Assembly: GCA_963842945.1 (NCBI GenBank) | Contig: CAWJIM010000005.1 | Location: forward strand, 148,361 to 212,360 | DNA length: 64,000 nt | Direction of reading: 5' to 3' | From: an uncultured Gemmatimonadales bacterium | GTDB lineage: Bacteria > Gemmatimonadota > Gemmatimonadetes > Gemmatimonadales > GWC2-71-9 | Shown: in pieces, positions 9,260 through 18,845 of the stretch | Numbering within the stretch: position 1 is the first letter of the stretch | Layout: the number at the start of each line of letters is the position of its first letter | The notes under the pieces: generated by a model | Told to the model about the DNA's origin: nothing | Seen by the model: the letters and a program-made list of their open reading frames with translations, nothing else | The model's database searches: none | Program-made: the position numbers and the translations under genes

Positions 9260-11012
9260 GCGCGGGTACGCCGGGGAGAGCCTCTCCCGCGTGCCAGCCG
9301 GTCGAGGCGAGTTGATCGAACAGGTCCAGCACCGCCCGCCGGTTTTCATGCACCGCCAGCACCAGCAGATCACCGGGCCGGGCCCATTCCAGCGCCGTCC
9401 TCACCGCCTCGATCTCGGGACCTGCCCGGGATAGTGCCCCGCTCGGTAGACCGAGCCGCAGGAACTCGTCCGACAGGAGTTTCGGAACCTCCCCCGGTGC
9501 TCGTCCTCTCAGGTAAGTCTCCATGTCCTTCACCACGACGCGGTCGGGTTGTAGCGCCCACCCCGCCCGGGCGAGAGCCCGGATGGCTTCGTCCCCCCGG
9601 TCGCCCGCCTGTCCCACCAGCAGCAGGCGGCGTTGAGCCGGTACGGTTCGGGCGACTTGCACCAGGGCCGACATGCCGTGCGGGTTGTGCGCGAAATCGA
9701 GCAGGACGCTGATACCTCCCAGCTCCACCATATTGGCGCGGCCCGGGTTGTCCTCCAGGTCACGCCCAAAGCGGCGAAGGGTGGACGCCATGATTGCCGG
9801 ATCCAACCCCAGCGCCAGCCCGGCTGCCACGGCCGCCAGCGCATTCGCGACATTGTGCTCGGCGGTGCCGGCAAAGGTCACCGGAATCTCGGCCACCGGC
9901 AGCAGCCACGTGCGCTGTTCCCCCCGGGCTACCACCAGCATTCCCTGATCCAACAGCACCACAGTACCGCCGTCCTGGATCTGCTTTCTCACCACCGGTG
10001 ACGCCGGATTGAGCGAAAACCAGGAGAGCTGAACCTTCAAACCGCGGCTCCGTTCCACCAGCAGCGGATCGTCCGCGTTCACCACCAGCGTGCCGCCGCC
10101 GGTCAGCGCCTTGGCAACGGTGAGCTTGGTGTCGGCCAGATCCGGCAGGGTTTCGATCCCGAATTCGCCGAGATGGTCGTCCGCGATGTTGGTGACTACG
10201 GCGACGGCGGCGTGGTCCACCGGTAGTCCCCGGCGCAGAATGCCGCCCCGGGCGGTCTCCAACACGGCAGTGTCGGTCTCAGGGAGGCGCAGCACCATCC
10301 GGGCGCCGCTGGGTCCGGCAAAGTCACCTTCCTCGAGGAGCGTGTGGCCCACGGTCACTCCGTCAGTCGAAGTGAGCCCGGTGGTTCGGCCCGACGCTTC
10401 CAGCATGGCTCCCAGCATCCGGACCACCGTGGTCTTCCCGTTGGATCCGGTTATCAGCGCGATGGGGATGTCGGAGGCGCTCTCCCAGTTCACGGTGTCG
10501 GGATCGGGCAGATCTTCGATGTGCCAGATGAGGGCGCCCTTGCCCGATCCAGCGGAGACCAGATCCTCGCCGTGCAGAAAGGTGAGACCCCGGGAAAGCG
10601 CGCCGTGGTAGAGTCCGGCCAGGCGGGGGTTCTTCTGTGACGCGATGTCGTCCAGCAGCGCGGCGGTTGCTTTCCGGATGTCGGGCTGCTTGTCCCCCTG
10701 CAGCTCAGCGGAGGCCACGGCCCAGGCCCGCTCGTTCAGCTCGGTTGCCGCATAGAGTCCATCGATCGGGGCTGTCAGCGCCAGGCTGACGCCACCGCTG
10801 AAGCTGCGGGATGCCAGCTGCTCGTCCGGCCAGTCTACGGCTTGCAGCAACTGTCGCGCGGCCTGTCGCCAGGCGGCGATGGCGGCTTCCGCCTGCGACG
10901 GCTCGATCCGCGCCTCCAGGACCGCGCCCGGACGGTCGAGCAGCAGGCTGGGGCCGGTGAGCCGGCGGGAGTCCAGAACGAGCATGGCCGGATTACTGAA
11001 GCGCGTAGGCAT
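9249..11012 (-). CDS. Cyanophycin-synthetase-like Mur ligase (CphA N-like + Mur domains, no ATP-grasp)
   Basis: N-terminal SRRLTGPSL; ITGSNGKTT P-loop; LETARGGILRRG, NIADDHLG, PGR.N, LLDFAHNP, GDRGDE; directly downstream of cphA. Confidence 0.85.
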   Translation of the reverse strand: MPTRFSNPAMLVLDSRRLTGPSLLLDRPGAVLEARIEPSQAEAAIAAWRQAARQLLQAVDWPDEQLASRSFSGGVSLALTAPIDGLYAATELNERAWAVASAELQGDKQPDIRKATAALLDDIASQKNPRLAGLYHGALSRGLTFLHGEDLVSAGSGKGALIWHIEDLPDPDTVNWESASDIPIALITGSNGKTTVVRMLGAMLEASGRTTGLTSTDGVTVGHTLLEEGDFAGPSGARMVLRLPETDTAVLETARGGILRRGLPVDHAAVAVVTNIADDHLGEFGIETLPDLADTKLTVAKALTGGGTLVVNADDPLLVERSRGLKVQLSWFSLNPASPVVRKQIQDGGTVVLLDQGMLVVARGEQRTWLLPVAEIPVTFAGTAEHNVANALAAVAAGLALGLDPAIMASTLRRFGRDLEDNPGRANMVELGGISVLLDFAHNPHGMSALVQVARTVPAQRRLLLVGQAGDRGDEAIRALARAGWALQPDRVVVKDMETYLRGRAPGEVPKLLSDEFLRLGLPSGALSRAGPEIEAVRTALEWARPGDLLVLAVHENRRAVLDLFDQLASTGWHAGEALPGVPALKG

Positions 11013-11031
11013 AGTGAGTTAGTCTAGTGGT

Positions 11032-11146
11032 CAAAGCGTGAGCGGGAACTGCAAAGCGTGAGCGGTGAGCGGGTCACCTAAGATCGGTGGTACTCCCGTT
11101 ACGCTCACGTTCGTCCTGTCCCGCTCCGCTTTCCCGCTCACGCTTT
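11032..11146. repeat. Inverted heptamer (GCGGTGA/GCGTGA-type) tandem arrays
   Basis: aaagcgtgagcggtgagcggg ... cccgctcacgcttt between cphA and the Mur-ligase gene. Confidence 0.7.
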
Positions 11147-11154
11147 TCTTACTA

Positions 11155-13946
11155 CTAATCTTCCGCTTCCTCCCGCGGCATCCGCACGCCACGGGAGTCG
11201 CGCACGAACTCCCGCCGGTGGTCCTCGCCGCCGTCGGCTGAAACCGCCACCGCCAACGCCGGCTGCGCCGGCCGGATCCGCTCGACCACCCGGGAAGCAG
11301 CGTCCGGCCGGTACTGGATCACCTGCTTCCAGGTCCGGGTGATCGCGTCGCCAAAGATCAGGAGCAGGTCTCCCGCCTCCGCCTCGCGCAGCCCGGTGTC
11401 CACCGCCGCCTGCTCATCGGGCACCGCCAGGATCTGCTCTGCCGGAACGCCGTTCGCCACTAAAGCATCCCGCAGCAGCTGGGGCACTTCGTCCGGGCGC
11501 CGGCCCCGCAGCTGATCGTCCCGGCGGCAGATGTACCGGTCGAAGTTGCCCGCGGCAATCCGGCCGATATCGGCGATGTCCTCGTCCCGCCGGTCGCCCG
11601 GCGCCGCCAGCACCACCAGCCGCCGCCCGGCCACGTCCATCCGTTTCACCAGGGAGACCATCGCCTCGACCGCGGCCGAGTTGTGCCCGTAGTCCAGGAT
11701 CACCTTGAACGGATGCTCGTCGTAGATGTTCATCCGTCCCGGGGCCTGGAAGAACGTGGTGTCGAAGGTGCGGAGCCCGTGGCGGATGTCCTCCAGCTTG
11801 AGTCCCATGCTGAACGCCATCGCCGCGGCGAACATCGCGTTCTGCACGTTGTGCATCGCCCGGCCCTCGAGCGTGGCCGGAATGAGATGGGTCCAGAGCA
11901 GCGGAATGTGGGCGCCGTGATCGTACAGGGTGATCATCTGCCCCTTGATCCCCGACTCCAGCACCATGCCCCGGCCGCCCGCCTGGATGTGCTCCCCCAC
12001 CAGCTCGTGCGAAGGATCCATGGTCACATAGCAGAGGTGCTTGGCCTGGGCGTAGTCGGCCATCTTGAGGCAGAGCGGATCGTCGGCGTTGAGGACGGCG
12101 GTGTCCCGGGCCACCTCGATCACGATCCGTTTCACTTCGGCCAGCTGCGCCAGTGTCCCGATCCCACGGAGCCCCAGATGGTCAGCCCGCACGTTCAGCA
12201 CCGCGCCCACGTCGCAGTGGCGCACGCCCATGCCGGCGCGGAGCAGCCCGCCCCGGGCGACTTCGAGAACAGCCACGTCCACCGACGGATCGCTCAGCAC
12301 CATCCGGGTGGCCACCGGTCCGGTCATGTCCCCGGCCACCGTCCGCTGGCCATCGATGTACACGCCGTCCGTGGAGGTGAGGCCGACGTGATGTCCCGCC
12401 AGCTTCTGGATGTGGGCCAGCATCCGCGCGGTGGTGGTCTTCCCGTTCGTTCCCGTCACCGCGGCAATGGGGATCCGGCTCGGCGTGCCCGGAGGAAACA
12501 GCATGTCCATCACCGCTCCACCCACGTCCCGCGCCCGGCCCTCACTCGGTGCCATGTGCATCCGGAACCCGGGCGCCGCGTTCACCTCGCAGATGGCGCC
12601 GCCTACTTCCTTATATGACTCGGTGACGTCGCTGCTGAGGAAATCCACCCCGCCCACGTCGAGGCCGATCGCCTTCACCGCCCGCACCGCCATCGCGATG
12701 TTGTCGGGGTGGACCAGATCGGTGAGGTCGGTCGCGGTACCGCCGGTGGAGAGATTGCCGGTGGACCGGAGAAAGACTCTTTCGCCCGGGGCCGGGACGC
12801 TCTCTCGGGTGTAGCCCTTTCGGCTCAGCAGTACCTCGGCCTGATGGTCGAATTCCAGCCGGGTGAGCACCTTTTCGTGGCCCACGCCGCGCCGCGGGTC
12901 CTGGTTCACCAGCTCCACCAGCTGCTCGATGGTGTGGTCCCCGTCTCCCACCACGTGCCCCGGCACCCGCTTGGCCACCGCCACCAGCTCGCCGTTGATC
13001 ACCAGCATCCGGTGGTCCTCGCCCGCGATGAAGCTTTCGACGATCACGCTGCGGCTGTGCTCCCGGGCGACGTCGAACGCGGTGCGCACCTGCTCCGCGC
13101 TGGTGAGGTGCACCGTGATGCCTCGGCCGTGATTGGCGTTGTACGGCTTCACCACCACCGGGTACCCGATCTTCTCCGCCGCGGTTACCGCATCGTCGGC
13201 GTTCTGCACCAGACGCTGCCGCGGCACCGGCAGTCCCAGATTGGCCAGGATCCGGTTGGTCTCTTCCTTATCTGAGGCGAGCTCGACCGCGATGTGCGGC
13301 GTGCGGCTGGTGACGGTGGCCTGAATCCGCTGCTGGAACCGCCCGTGCCCGAACTGAATCAGGCTCTGCTCGTTGAGCCGGATCCAGGGGATCCGCCGGT
13401 CCTCCGCCGCCCGCACCAGCGCCATAGTGCTGGGACCCAGGGCGCGCCGCTGGGCAAAGCGGATGAACTCGTCCCGCTCGGCGGCAAAGTCGAAGCCGGG
13501 CGGTACAGCACCTTCCGGCTGCAATTCGGGGGGAGGAGCGAATGCAGGAGGGTGAGCGCCAGCCGGCCGGCCTCCACGCCCACGTCTTCCTGCTCGTACT
13601 GGTAGATCACGTAGTAATGCCCGCGCGGCCCCTGCGAGCGGGTCTTCCCGAAGGTGACGCTCTCCCCGGCCACGTTCTGGAGCTCCAGCGCCATGTGCTC
13701 CAGGATGTGGCCCATCCAGGTGCCTTCGCCCTCGGTCAGCCGCCGGATGAACCCGCCCGGCTTGCCGTAGGAACAGCCGTGCTCCTTGAGCCCGGGCAAC
13801 GCGGCAACGAGCGGGTCGGTAAACCGCGGACCCAGCTTGCCCGACGGCCAGTCCTCCAGCGGACCGAGGTCTATGTCCAGCTTGATGACGGGGAAATGAG
13901 CGTACAGGCTCGGCCCCACGTACACCGTCTTGTCCAGAATGCGCAT
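11155..13946 (-). CDS. cphA: Cyanophycin synthetase CphA1 (one read frameshift near 13530)
   Basis: N domain EHGCS...GHILEH; LGPST; ATP-grasp VVKP..NHGRG, NLSTGG, EVNAAPG; Mur domain TGTNGKTTT, ARGGLLRAG, PGRMN, DYGHN. Confidence 0.95.
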
Positions 13947-13947
13947 G

Positions 13948-14871
13948 CTAGTTGTCCGTCACGAGACACGAGTCGCGAGTCATGAGTGATCTCTCATCTC
14001 GACCTCTTACGGCCTCGCTGCCCTGCTGCCCCCAGCTCCGCCTCCCGCTCAGACGCGTCTTAGCAATGCCCGGAGCCGCTGCCGCCACCCGGCTGTGCAG
14101 GTTGAAGGTTGAGCCTTGATCCAGGATGTGCAACTTGAGGCCGATCAGACACACCGCGTCGTTCTTGCGGACCCGGGCCATGGAGGAGAACTCGAGGCCG
14201 GACGGGTCCACGATCGTCAGCGCGCCGCTGCCCACCACCTCGAGGGTTTCGTCCGGCGCGATAAACCCGGCGGTGTTCTCGTCCAGTCCGATACCGATGG
14301 CAAATGGGTTGTAGGCCAGCGCGGTGAGCAGCCGGCCCAGCCGGTCTCGCTGGCGGAAATGCTGGTCGATGATGATCCGGTTGGTGAGGCCGAGGCCCGG
14401 AGCGAGGGTCACGTTCCGGGCCCGGGGGGAGGCGCCTTCCTTGCCGAACGCGATCATGTGCTCGGACAGAAACGCCGCCCCGGCCGACGTGCCGGCCACG
14501 TGCATCCCCTCGGCGTTTCTCCGTCGGAGTGCCTTGGCCACCTCGGTCCCGCCGATCATGGTGCTGAGCCGGAGCTGGTTCCCGCCGGTGAGAAATACCC
14601 CGTCCACCCGGTCCAGCACGTCGAGCCATTCCCGCCGCTCGCAGTCGGTCCGGTTGGCAATGGGGAGCGCCTGCGCGTGTTTGACGCCGAGGTCTCGGAA
14701 GAGCTGCTCGTAGCGGGCGCCGGTCTCGCTCAACATGGAGGCGGTCGGGATGATGGCGACTCGGCATTTCTCCCCGCCGCAGAGTGCCGCGAACCGCCGG
14801 AGGATGGCCACGTCGCCGATCTTCTCTTCCGCCCCGCCCACCGGAACGATGTACCCTCGCGCAGTCGCCAC
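13948..14871 (-). CDS. cphB: Cyanophycinase (peptidase S51)
   Basis: GGAEEK, FLTGGNQLRL, GTSAGA catalytic Ser, DQHFRQRDRLGRL, GLDENT. The true stop may be near 14050, with the tail reading through repeats. Confidence 0.95.
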   Translation of the reverse strand: MATARGYIVPVGGAEEKIGDVAILRRFAALCGGEKCRVAIIPTASMLSETGARYEQLFRDLGVKHAQALPIANRTDCERREWLDVLDRVDGVFLTGGNQLRLSTMIGGTEVAKALRRRNAEGMHVAGTSAGAAFLSEHMIAFGKEGASPRARNVTLAPGLGLTNRIIIDQHFRQRDRLGRLLTALAYNPFAIGIGLDENTAGFIAPDETLEVVGSGALTIVDPSGLEFSSMARVRKNDAVCLIGLKLHILDQGSTFNLHSRVAAAAPGIAKTRLSGRRSWGQQGSEAVRGRDERSLMTRDSCLVTDN

Positions 14872-14936
14872 GTCGTCCTTTCAGCGTCTCAGCGAAAACG
14901 GAACGCCGCCTAAGATAGTCACCCCGTGGCGGCGGC

Positions 14937-16106
14937 CTACCGGTGCTCTGCCTGCTCCAGCAGGCCGCGAATGACCGTACGGCCTTCCATTAGATGCCAG
15001 CTGCCCCGCGCCATTACATCGTGGATGGCGCCCTCCTCGTCGAGGACCACCAGGTCGGCGTCTGCCCCTGCCGTGAGATGCCCCTTCCGCGGAAGCAGCA
15101 GAAGGTTGGCCTGGTTGCTGGTGAAGGCGGGGAGTATTCGCTCGAGTGGCTGGCCACACGCGAGCAGCGCCTGCAGCGCCTCCGCCATCGCCGATGGACG
15201 GCCCACATCCATCCGGCTCACCCGCCCGTCGGCATCGAATACCGGGAGGCACCCTCCTCCATCCGAGCTCACCGTCACCCGGTTGGGTGGAAGCCCCGAC
15301 TCCAGGTAGCGGGTCAGCGCTTCCGGCGCCGACCAGGCGTCCTCGCCCTCCTCCACCGGGAATGCCGTGATGTCCACGACGCAGCCTTGCTTGGCCAGGT
15401 CGCAGGCCTCCTCGAACAGCGCCTTCCGCCGGTTCACGTGGGTCGGATTGAACACCGAAGGCGGAAGCTCGCTTTCGCCGAGGGCGCGCCGCACCAGCTC
15501 CAGCCCCCGTTCTCCGTCGCCCACGTGCAGATGGACGATGCCGGCCTTGCCGGTCATCAGTCCGCCGACGTGGGCATCGCCGGCAATCCGGAGCAGCTCG
15601 TCCAGCGTGGGCTGGCTGGAGCGGTGGTCGCTGATCGCCAGCTCGCCTACTCCCAGAATGAGGTCGATGTGGGCGATGTCGCCCCGCACGCTCCCGGTCA
15701 GCGTCGCCGGCGGCACGTGGTAGCCTCCGGTATAGCACCAGGCGCTCATCCCTTCGGCGATCAGTCCTCGCGCGCTGGCCACCAGCTCGGCCGTTGACCG
15801 CACCGTGTCGTCGGTTCCCAGCAGCCCGATCGCGGTGGTTACTCCGCCACCGGTCAGCCGGCTCAGCTGCAGCGGCGGGACCCGGGTGTGCATGCCCGCC
15901 TCTCCGCCGCCCCCAGTGAGATGCACGTGGCAGTCGATCAGTCCCGGAATCACCCGCCGGCCTTCCAGATCTCGCACCGTCGCGCCGAGAGTCGCCGGCA
16001 GCTCGAGCTCGTCCCCGATCCAGAGGATCCTCTCCCCGCCGATCAACAGACTGGCGCGGCCCTTCGGCTGGGGATCGTAGAGATCGGCGTTTCGCAGCAG
16101 CTGCAT
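14937..16106 (-). CDS. iadA: Isoaspartyl dipeptidase (beta-aspartyl peptidase)
   Basis: PGLIDCHVHLTGGGGEAG, GLLGTD, TGGY, GELAISDHRSSQP, HLHVGDG, PTHVNR, SSDGGG. Confidence 0.95.
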   Translation of the reverse strand: MQLLRNADLYDPQPKGRASLLIGGERILWIGDELELPATLGATVRDLEGRRVIPGLIDCHVHLTGGGGEAGMHTRVPPLQLSRLTGGGVTTAIGLLGTDDTVRSTAELVASARGLIAEGMSAWCYTGGYHVPPATLTGSVRGDIAHIDLILGVGELAISDHRSSQPTLDELLRIAGDAHVGGLMTGKAGIVHLHVGDGERGLELVRRALGESELPPSVFNPTHVNRRKALFEEACDLAKQGCVVDITAFPVEEGEDAWSAPEALTRYLESGLPPNRVTVSSDGGGCLPVFDADGRVSRMDVGRPSAMAEALQALLACGQPLERILPAFTSNQANLLLLPRKGHLTAGADADLVVLDEEGAIHDVMARGSWHLMEGRTVIRGLLEQAEHR

Positions 16107-16190
16107 CGAGCCTCGAGAATCGGGTCAGCAAAGAACTTATCCGCTCAGGAGAGAACCGACCATGCGTGCGTGTCGAATGGTGTCTGCGGT

Positions 16191-16282
16191 TAGCGGGGCG
16201 GGTGTGGACTCTCCGCAGGTTCAACTACATCCCCACACCCTTCCCCGGAGAACCTGCGTTCGAGCCCACACCCGCCCCGCTA
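16191..16282 (-). ncRNA. Unnamed structured hairpin RNA, copy 1
   Basis: 17-bp perfect stem + G-U + 3 bp, GAA/GA internal loop, 9-bp stem, 27-nt loop UCCGGGGAAGGGUGUGGGGAUGUAGUU; covaries with copy 2. Confidence 0.7.
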
Positions 16283-16365
16283 GATCAACTGGTTCGCAAG
16301 AATCATTCTCTTCTCGAGTATTACCGGCGGCATCCAGCACTGAGGAGCTACTGACACATTCACCA

Positions 16366-16454
16366 GCGGCACGGGAGTGGCCTCGAAAGCAGGGTCTCAG
16401 GGGAGAGGGGGGTGGATGTAGTTGACACTGCTGGAGAGGCCACTCCCGTGCCGC
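16366..16454 (+). ncRNA. Unnamed structured hairpin RNA, copy 2
   Basis: 19-bp perfect stem, GAA/GGA internal loop, 9-position inner stem (one G-A mismatch), 27-nt loop UCAGGGGAGAGGGGGGUGGAUGUAGUU. Confidence 0.7.
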
Positions 16455-16579
16455 GACACATACCCTGACCTGCGGAGAGATCAACTGTAGCGATACCGCG
16501 AGTGATGCGTCAGACGCTCCCGAACGCGCTCCCAGTGTGGCACATTTCAACCCTCGATGGACCCTCGCCTGAAGGTCGC

Positions 16580-17807
16580 ATGCTCGTTGCCGGTTCCATT
16601 ACTCCTACCCGCCGCGCTTTCGCCGAGCTGCTGGCCGAAGCGCGAGCCCGAACCGTGCTGCTGGTCAGCTCACTCGACGCCCACGGTCTGGCGCTCGAGC
16701 CAGCGCCCGAAGTGGGCTCCGTTCTCTCCGAGCTCGACCGCATCGTTCACTACGAAAAACGCTGGCTCCTCGATGATCCCGAGCATCAGCCGGTCGGCTC
16801 CTACGACGAGTGGTTCGACCTCATGACCGATGTCCGCCAGCGAGTGTTGCAGTCGCTGGAGCAGGCCGATCTGCTGGAGCAGCCGCTGCTGGCGGAGCGG
16901 TACCAGAGAACGCTGGAGCACGAGTATCGCCGGGGCGAGTCCATTCTCCAGGCGATGCAGCTTCTGGGACAGCGCTACACCCCGGTGCAGGCGCGGCGGC
17001 TTCCCCGCGGCCGGAGGCTGGCCGATCCCGGCGTGATGGCCCGCTTTCCGGGAGGCAGGGTTCGGCTCGGCGCCGATGCCCAGCTCTCGCCCTGGCCCGA
17101 GGAGCGTCCGGTGCACCGGGTGGAGCTGCCCCCGTTCTGGCTCGATATCATGCCGGTCACCAACGGCGACTTCGTCACCTTCATGGGCGAAGGCGGCTAC
17201 AACCGGCGGGAGCTCTGGTCCGAGGACGGATGGCACTGGATCCGTGAATTGCAGATCGGCATGCCGCTGAACTGGTTCTGGCAGGATGGAGCCTGGTGGA
17301 GCCGCTCGCTCGGCCGAGGAGTCGGCGGTCGACTTCACCTGTCCGGTGTCCCACGTCTCCTGGTACGAGGCCGACGCCTTCGCCCGGTTCGTCGGCAAGC
17401 GCCTCCCGACCGAAGCGGAGTGGGAAGCCGCCGCCAGCTGGGACCCGGAGACCCAGTCGCGCCGGAACTATCCCTGGGGCAACATGCCTCCCAGTCCCCA
17501 CGTCGCCAATCTCGATCAGCTCAGCTCCGGGCCCGCATCGGTCGGCGCGCTGCCCGGCAACCTGTCGCCCATCGGATGCTATGGGATGATCGGAGACGTC
17601 TGGGAGTGGACCGCGGACGCGTTTCTGCCCTATCGGGAGTTCGAGGAGACGCCGGGCGACCAGCCTTCCTTCAGCCGCTACGCCAAGGTGCTCCGCGGGG
17701 GATCATGGGCCACGCGCATCGGCGCCATCCGGACGACGTCCCGCCGCCCGGGAAAGCCCGAGTCGCGCTACCTGTTCAGCGGCTTCCGCTGCGCTCGGGA
17801 TGCCTAA
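16580..17807 (+). CDS. EgtB/SUMF1 (DinB + FGE-sulfatase) family protein with degenerate metal site (frameshift near 17315)
   Basis: E.P.H.V.L..F, PVTNGDF..F...GGY, PVSHVSWYEADAFARF.GKRLPTEAEWEAAA, GDVWEWT, VLRGGSW, FSGFRCARD. Confidence 0.85.
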
Positions 17808-17809
17808 CA

Positions 17810-17960
17810 GCGTGAGCGGTAAGCGGTGAGCGGTAAGCGGTAAACGCCAAGGCGGTGAGCGAGCAGCGACAGTAGTCACCCATGAGCGCAGCGAACGGGG
17901 CCGAAGCCGCCTCCTATCACCGTACGCTTACCGTTCACCGCTTACCGCTTACCGCTTACT
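17810..17960. repeat. Inverted GCGGTRA heptamer arrays flanking a REP-like core
   Basis: gcggtaagcggtgagcggtaagcggtaa ... gtcacccatgagcgcagcgaacgggg ... ttaccgttcaccgcttaccgcttaccgctt between convergent genes. Confidence 0.8.
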
Positions 17961-18778
17961 GTCTGTAGTCCTTCCGGAACCCCGTTGGGATACACCTCCC
18001 GGATCGCGGCTTCGATCTGCTGAATCCGGTTCTCCGGATTGGGATGCGTGCTGAAGAACTCCGGCGGCCGGTTTCCCTGTGAGCTCTCCTCCAGAATCTT
18101 CATCAGCGCGATCATCGAGCGCGGATCGTACTTCGATTCGCTGGCGAAACGGACGCCGAGACGGTCCGATTCCAGCTCGTCCTGCCGGCCGAACCGCATC
18201 GTCACCAGCTGCCCGATCATCGCCACCACCGCGGCGGAGTTCCGGCTCGACGGATCGCTGGGATCGTAGGCGGCCAGCACCGCGGCGCCGGTGAGTCCCT
18301 GAGTCAGCTGCTCCTTGGCGATGTGCTCCGCGCCGTGCCGCGCCACCACGTGACCGACCTCGTGTCCCAGCACGCCGGCCAGCTGTCCCTCGGTCTTGAG
18401 CCGCTTCAGCAGCCCTTCGGTGATGAACACTTGCCCGCCCGGCAGCGCAAACGCGTTGATCGTCTCGGGGTCATTCAGGACGTGGAAGTCGTAGCGGTAG
18501 GGGCTCTGGCCGGCGGCGCTCTGGGCCACGATCCGTTCACCGACCTTGTCCACCAGCGCCTGCAGCTGGGGATCCGGGTCCTCGCCCCCGAACTGCTGCG
18601 CCATCTCCGGGGCCGCCTGAAGCCCGAGCGCGACTTCCTGCTCCGGCGTTATCCCGGCGACGTGCTGCTTCTCTTTGGTGATGGGATTGAACACGCTGCT
18701 GCCGTAATACCCCAGGATGGAGATCACGGCGACGATGAGGGCAATCACGAGCCGGCCACGCGACACAGAGCCTCCCAA
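17942..18778 (-). CDS. M48-family zinc metallopeptidase
   Basis: NAFALPGG, HEVGH, E.ESD..G, FFSTHP; N-terminal TM. Confidence 0.9.
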   Translation of the reverse strand: MGGSVSRGRLVIALIVAVISILGYYGSSVFNPITKEKQHVAGITPEQEVALGLQAAPEMAQQFGGEDPDPQLQALVDKVGERIVAQSAAGQSPYRYDFHVLNDPETINAFALPGGQVFITEGLLKRLKTEGQLAGVLGHEVGHVVARHGAEHIAKEQLTQGLTGAAVLAAYDPSDPSSRNSAAVVAMIGQLVTMRFGRQDELESDRLGVRFASESKYDPRSMIALMKILEESSQGNRPPEFFSTHPNPENRIQQIEAAIREVYPNGVPEGLQTVSGKR

Positions 18779-18845
18779 GGACGGGGGAGCCCAAAGCTAC
18801 TTACCTACAGGCAATCCGACGGTGACTCCCCTCACGCTTCATCGT

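Noticed and set aside
16191..16454. tRNA-Sec, 6S RNA, SRP RNA or glycine riboswitch
   Set aside because: No cloverleaf or CCA end, too short for 6S, no SRP GGAA tetraloop helix, and the glycine-like words (GGAGAG, UCUCAGG) are in the wrong order.
17810..17960. CRISPR array or integron attC (GCCTAAC at the stop codon)
   Set aside because: Units are 7-mers without unique spacers, there is no matching GTTRRRY arm, and no cas or intI genes are present.
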